A stretch of DNA of 64,000 bases from positions 287,122,001 through 287,186,000 of the forward strand of contig OZ024740.1 in assembly GCA_964016885.1 (NCBI GenBank), read 5' to 3'. The DNA is from Eledone cirrhosa (taxonomy: Eukaryota). The position numbers were made by a program, and so were the translations under genes. The notes below the pieces were generated by a model that was not told where the DNA came from, made no database searches, and saw only the letters and a list, made by a program, of their open reading frames with translations. Positions 60,201 to 64,000 of the stretch are shown one piece after another (position 1 is the stretch's first letter; every line of letters starts with the position of its first letter).

Positions 60201-62712
60201 TGTCTGTGAGTGTGTATTTTTGTAATGCTTGCACATTTATATCTATATACTCATGCATATGCACACACATATACACATACACATCAGCATATGGAAAACA
60301 ATTCTAGTCTATAAAAATTACACTTCTGGCTACACAAAGATATTGAATTAGAGAAAATAACAGAACTGTCTAACTAGAACACTACAGAAAAATAAAAAAA
60401 TTGCAAAATGGTCATTCTGGTATACCCCTAGATGATAGGGAAAAACAATTTCAGAGTGGTCAATATGGAATATTACAGGCCATAACGGATGAAATAGTAA
60501 TGTAGTCAAATTAGGGTATTAGAGGTTAACAAAATATTTGCAGAGTGGTCCAACGGAAACTTCACATGACAATGCAGAACAAATTTCAAGGTGGCTGAAC
60601 TGAAATATTACCAGTCAAGTTATATATGAAAGAAATAAAGCAGTAGAACTTGTCAAACTCACTTTCGGGATCAGGTTTAGAGAGTTTCTTCAGTGAGTAT
60701 GCCAAGAAAATATCTCGTTCTTCAACAAATACACGACTAAGTGCAGGGAATTCTCCCGTCATCTCTTTCAGCATTTGTTCTAGTAAGTCTCTCTGTTTAC
60801 ACATTTCTACATCTTCTTTTCTGAAGGAAAATAAAGACAAAAACAATAACACAAAATTCTTCCACTTGTAGTTTCAGCTGAGAACAGAACTTAAGTACTC
60901 TGTGTGAAGAGATATTGCTACTGTTTACCATAATTCTTTTTGAGGTATATTTATGACAAATCCACACATTTAAATGTGGGTATATTCTATTAAATTGACT
61001 ATATGGATTTGAACTCAGAATACAAAGAAATGTAACAATATATAATGGTATTTTGTTTGCTACTCTACTGATTATGTCATCAAGCACCCCGATGACAATT
61101 TACAGACGGGACTGAAAGCAGGGTTTAAAATCCAGTGCTGGAAACTAAAACACTCATCAATTTCTGAAGATTGTGTTTTTGTCTAAAGTGATTGCAATAA
61201 ACTTCCTTGTGATACCTACTTACAGTGAGGTAGCAGCAAGAAGCAAAGTAAGCTTGTGCCATGCTGGGATACACATAAATGTTTGACGTTTGCTAGCAGG
61301 AAAAACGTGAAGGGAACTTCTTAATCCCATACTTATATCTGCACTCCTACACAGATTTTTACACATGGCTGGGAAGATTTATTTGTCAGGGAAAAATGTT
61401 ATTACAGTTTGATAGGCTTTTTGTTCAGTCAGGTTATTAGTGTGTTGCTCGGTAAAACAAATACAATAGGTGTAGTAAGATCTGAACAAATAAACCAGTA
61501 CCTTAACCCCACAGCTACCATATATCATTGCTAGTGTTAACAAAGCAAAACAAAGTCAAATTAAAAACAAACTCACGTAATGGGTTCTTTGGTTGTTAGT
61601 AGAAACCAGGTCAAACGCAGCTTCTGCCACCAAGACAATGACTGTAGAGCTCTACGCAGTGTCACCTGAATTGGGCGATCTCCAAGATGGAAGTCACACC
61701 CAGGAATGTTTAATGCCTACAAAATAGCAGCAACATTAAATCATCAAACAGATTCAAGGATGTTTGCAACTTATAAATTGTTTCAACTTATAACTGGAGG
61801 ACTTGACAAAACCCATACCTCTTTAAAAGCTCTTCGGAATTCACCCCCTGGTGCCATGCCAAGTTCCTTGGTTAAATGTGCAGAAAGACTGAGAAGAAGT
61901 AGATGTAAGCAACCTTGAACAACTCCACTCTGAAAATAAAACAGCAACAAGTTGAATTTAGGTTATTTCAACAATGTTACTACAAACATTCACCTCATAT
62001 TCTATCCCCGCTCCTCCACCCACGAAACATCAACAACACTTTAAATGGTATCTATAACACCTTGGAACATAGCTATAAAACCATTCTCAGAACATTATCC
62101 TTCTAAATCAGTTCAGAAACATCTACAACAGCCCAGAACATTATTACATTATCCTAAGAACAATATTACTCCCAAAGAGTCCCTGACATTAAGTGTTCAA
62201 TCCCCGAGCAAACATCTACAAAACCTTCAAACATTATCACAGCACCATCCTAAAATCTCTACTGAATCTTCATTCAGTCTGAACAACCACAGACACACAG
62301 TGAAACTAGCTACATCAACAGCCTCGTTACCTCTAGATATGTGCACAAAACCAATGATAAATGCAAAGGAATAGCAACTGTTTCAATTCAACAAAGTTCA
62401 CTTTGGTCACCTCTACTCTGGTTATTACAAGAACACAAGTTAACGAGGCACAGATATGCGAAAGAAGCACAAACAAAGTAACAGGACATAACAAGTGTAC
62501 AAGATATTGAAATACAAAACAAAATGAAAAAAAAAAAAGTTAAATAGAGGAATGAAAAAAATAACATTTACCTGTTTAATAGAAAATTTTATCTTTTCTA
62601 AGTTTATATTTTTAGCTTCTTCCAAAAGTGTCTCCTCATCCAACTGTAATATATTTACACGACTACTGCACAGCTCTACCATCACAATGTCTGGTTTCAC
62701 ACACTGGATGGT
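57162..62712 (-). CDS. TRABD: TraB domain-containing protein, spliced, 5'-partial; 6 coding exons in window
   Basis: Exons 62712-62572, 61929-61819, 61716-61577, 60820-60663, 58672-58573, 57282-57162 have canonical splice sites and consistent phase. Motifs KPDIVMVELC..R, LGMAPGGEFRRAFKEA, HLGDRPIQVTLRRA, CKQRDLLEQM..EM.GEFP.L...FVEERD, VVGVVGLGHIPGI..NW, and a hydrophobic C-terminal tail. Confidence 0.94.
57933..58183. repeat. Near-perfect ~120-bp-arm palindrome made from a SINE tail
   Basis: Centre CATAAGT CC ACTTATG at ~58049-58064; arms match with a few substitutions and one small indel. Confidence 0.92.
58573..58672 (-). CDS. TRABD: TRABD coding exon (KTNPVVVGVVGLGHIPGIVQNWDKDCDIKEIM)
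   Basis: AG and GTAAGT on - strand, 100 nt. Confidence 0.92.
60663..60820 (-). CDS. TRABD: TRABD coding exon (KEDVEMCKQRDLLEQMLKEMTGEFPALSRVFVEERD...)
   Basis: AG and GTGAGT on - strand, 158 nt. Confidence 0.9.
61577..61716 (-). CDS. TRABD: TRABD coding exon (ALNIPGCDFHLGDRPIQVTLRRALQSLSWWQKLRL...)
   Basis: AG/GT on - strand, 140 nt. Confidence 0.93.
61819..61929 (-). CDS. TRABD: TRABD coding exon (SGVVQGCLHLLLLSLSAHLTKELGMAPGGEFRRAFKE)
   Basis: AG/GT on - strand, 111 nt. Confidence 0.93.
62572..62712 (-). CDS. TRABD: TRABD coding exon (TIQCVKPDIVMVELCSSRV...KFSIKQ)
   Basis: AG/GT on - strand, 141 nt. Confidence 0.92.
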
Positions 62713-62787
62713 CTATAAAGAGACGGAAATTATTTAAATAAATCAACACATAATTAATGTTAGAAATTAAAATCATTACTATTATAT

Positions 62788-63000
62788 AAGGTTGGTGGAT
62801 TGGCAGAGTCATCAGAGCATCAGACAAATGCAGTGCAGCATCTTTACTTTCTGAGTTCAAATTCCACTCAGATCAATTTTGCCATTCATCCTTCCATGAT
62901 CAATAAAATAAAATACCAGTAATGCACTGGGATTGATTTTATTGATCTTTCCCCCTTCCCTTCAAATTGCTGGCCTTGCACCAAAAGTAGAAACAATCAT
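62788..63000 (+). mobile_element. tRNA-derived SINE with a MetaSINE-like central domain; many copies (e.g. 3414-3579-, 21630-21780+, 35695-35870-, 41690-41870-, 46075-46255+, 56080-56280-)
   Basis: GAGTTCAAAT B box followed by GCCTTTCATCC..GTCGATAAAATAAAGTACCAG-like core and GGCCTTGTGCCAAAAGTAGAAACAAT tail. Confidence 0.75.
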
Positions 63001-63163
63001 AATACAAGTCTTGGTGTGCTTCGTCCATTCGTAAGATATGTTGCGCTTTAGTTACATACATACACATGTACACTAAAATACGTACACAGACACAGACACA
63101 CATACTCATATATATTCATAAATAGATACATTATTCAAAATAATTATTACATACACACACACA

Positions 63164-63547
63164 TCTATGTAATGATTGAGGGAGGAAGGAAATGGGGCTG
63201 CTGAAATGCTATAGTGATGAACGTTCCAAGATTAACTATGCTTGTGTGAGCGTATGTGTGTTTTGTGTGAGTGTCTATGAGTATGTGTTTTGTGTGAGTG
63301 TATGTGTTTATATTTATATACTCATACATATAAATGTATACATATGCATATATACACATACAATTGTAATGAATTGTGTGTATGTGTACAGAGACGTGAA
63401 GAAATGAATTAAGACCAGAGGCATATCATTTTAGAGCAAGGTAGACTAAGACAACAGGAGAGAAGAGATAATATACAACTAGACAAACATCTCTTAAATA
63501 GCTCATCTTAATTTTTTCATCCGTGGAATTTCCACGGGTTCTGCTAG
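63164..63547 (+). mobile_element. Non-autonomous Helitron
   Basis: A|TC 5' end; CCGTGGAA-T-TTCCACGG hairpin (63521-63537) just before the CTAG|T 3' end. Confidence 0.7.
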
Positions 63548-64000
63548 TTATTATTACTTTATTTCAACAAGCTAATTTTATGCTGAGATAGCAAGTCATA
63601 ACAAATAATTAGTTTCCTAGATTTTCTTTCTTATTTTTCCACAGGATCTGAGTTGTTCCTAATGCTGCCATCTTCTAAAGAGGTTCTGTATGGATCCCAA
63701 TTCCACATTTTGCTTTACATGTTCTTCTTTTAGTTGTTACCCTCCCTAAGGCCCCCACTGCTACTACTGGTATGATTTCAACCTTTTTCGTGTCCTACAA
63801 TTTGTAGATCTCTTTCTTTCAGTTTTGATAACATTCAATTTTTTCCCTTTCCTTCTCACATATTTTGGTATTCCTTGGTGATGCTACATCAACTATCCAG
63901 CACAGTTTGTTCCCTTCTTAAAGATTCTTGCTATTGAGTATATTGAGAACCTTTTCAGAAGGTGAGATGCCAACAGATAGTATCTTCATGCCAGCATGCA

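Overview
AT-rich, repeat-dense animal genomic DNA. The SINE, RTE and microsatellite landscape suggests a coleoid cephalopod such as Octopus (inference). Two spliced protein-coding genes converge. Glycerol kinase 5 (GK5) lies on + with 14 coding exons traced from 4688 to the stop at 51766; its first exons lie upstream of the window. TRABD lies on - with 6 exons from 62712 down to the stop at 57162; its 5' part lies beyond the window. The introns hold a young but internally deleted Gypsy LTR element with an AATC TSD, an RTE LINE whose RT carries an inserted PHD finger (plus an inverted second copy), a near-full-length RTE LINE with three C2H2 fingers, MITEs, a Helitron, many SINEs and minisatellites. 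A Chapaev3-like transposon sits between the two genes. The most striking non-coding element is a 310-bp x ~4.7 tandem array (23111-24568) in which every unit carries a minimal type I hammerhead ribozyme on the - strand, the architecture of a non-LTR retrozyme / ribozyme-circRNA locus. A second, different hammerhead sits in a fold-back element at 8298-8550. Several inverted repeats could form dsRNA in the GK5 and TRABD pre-mRNAs.
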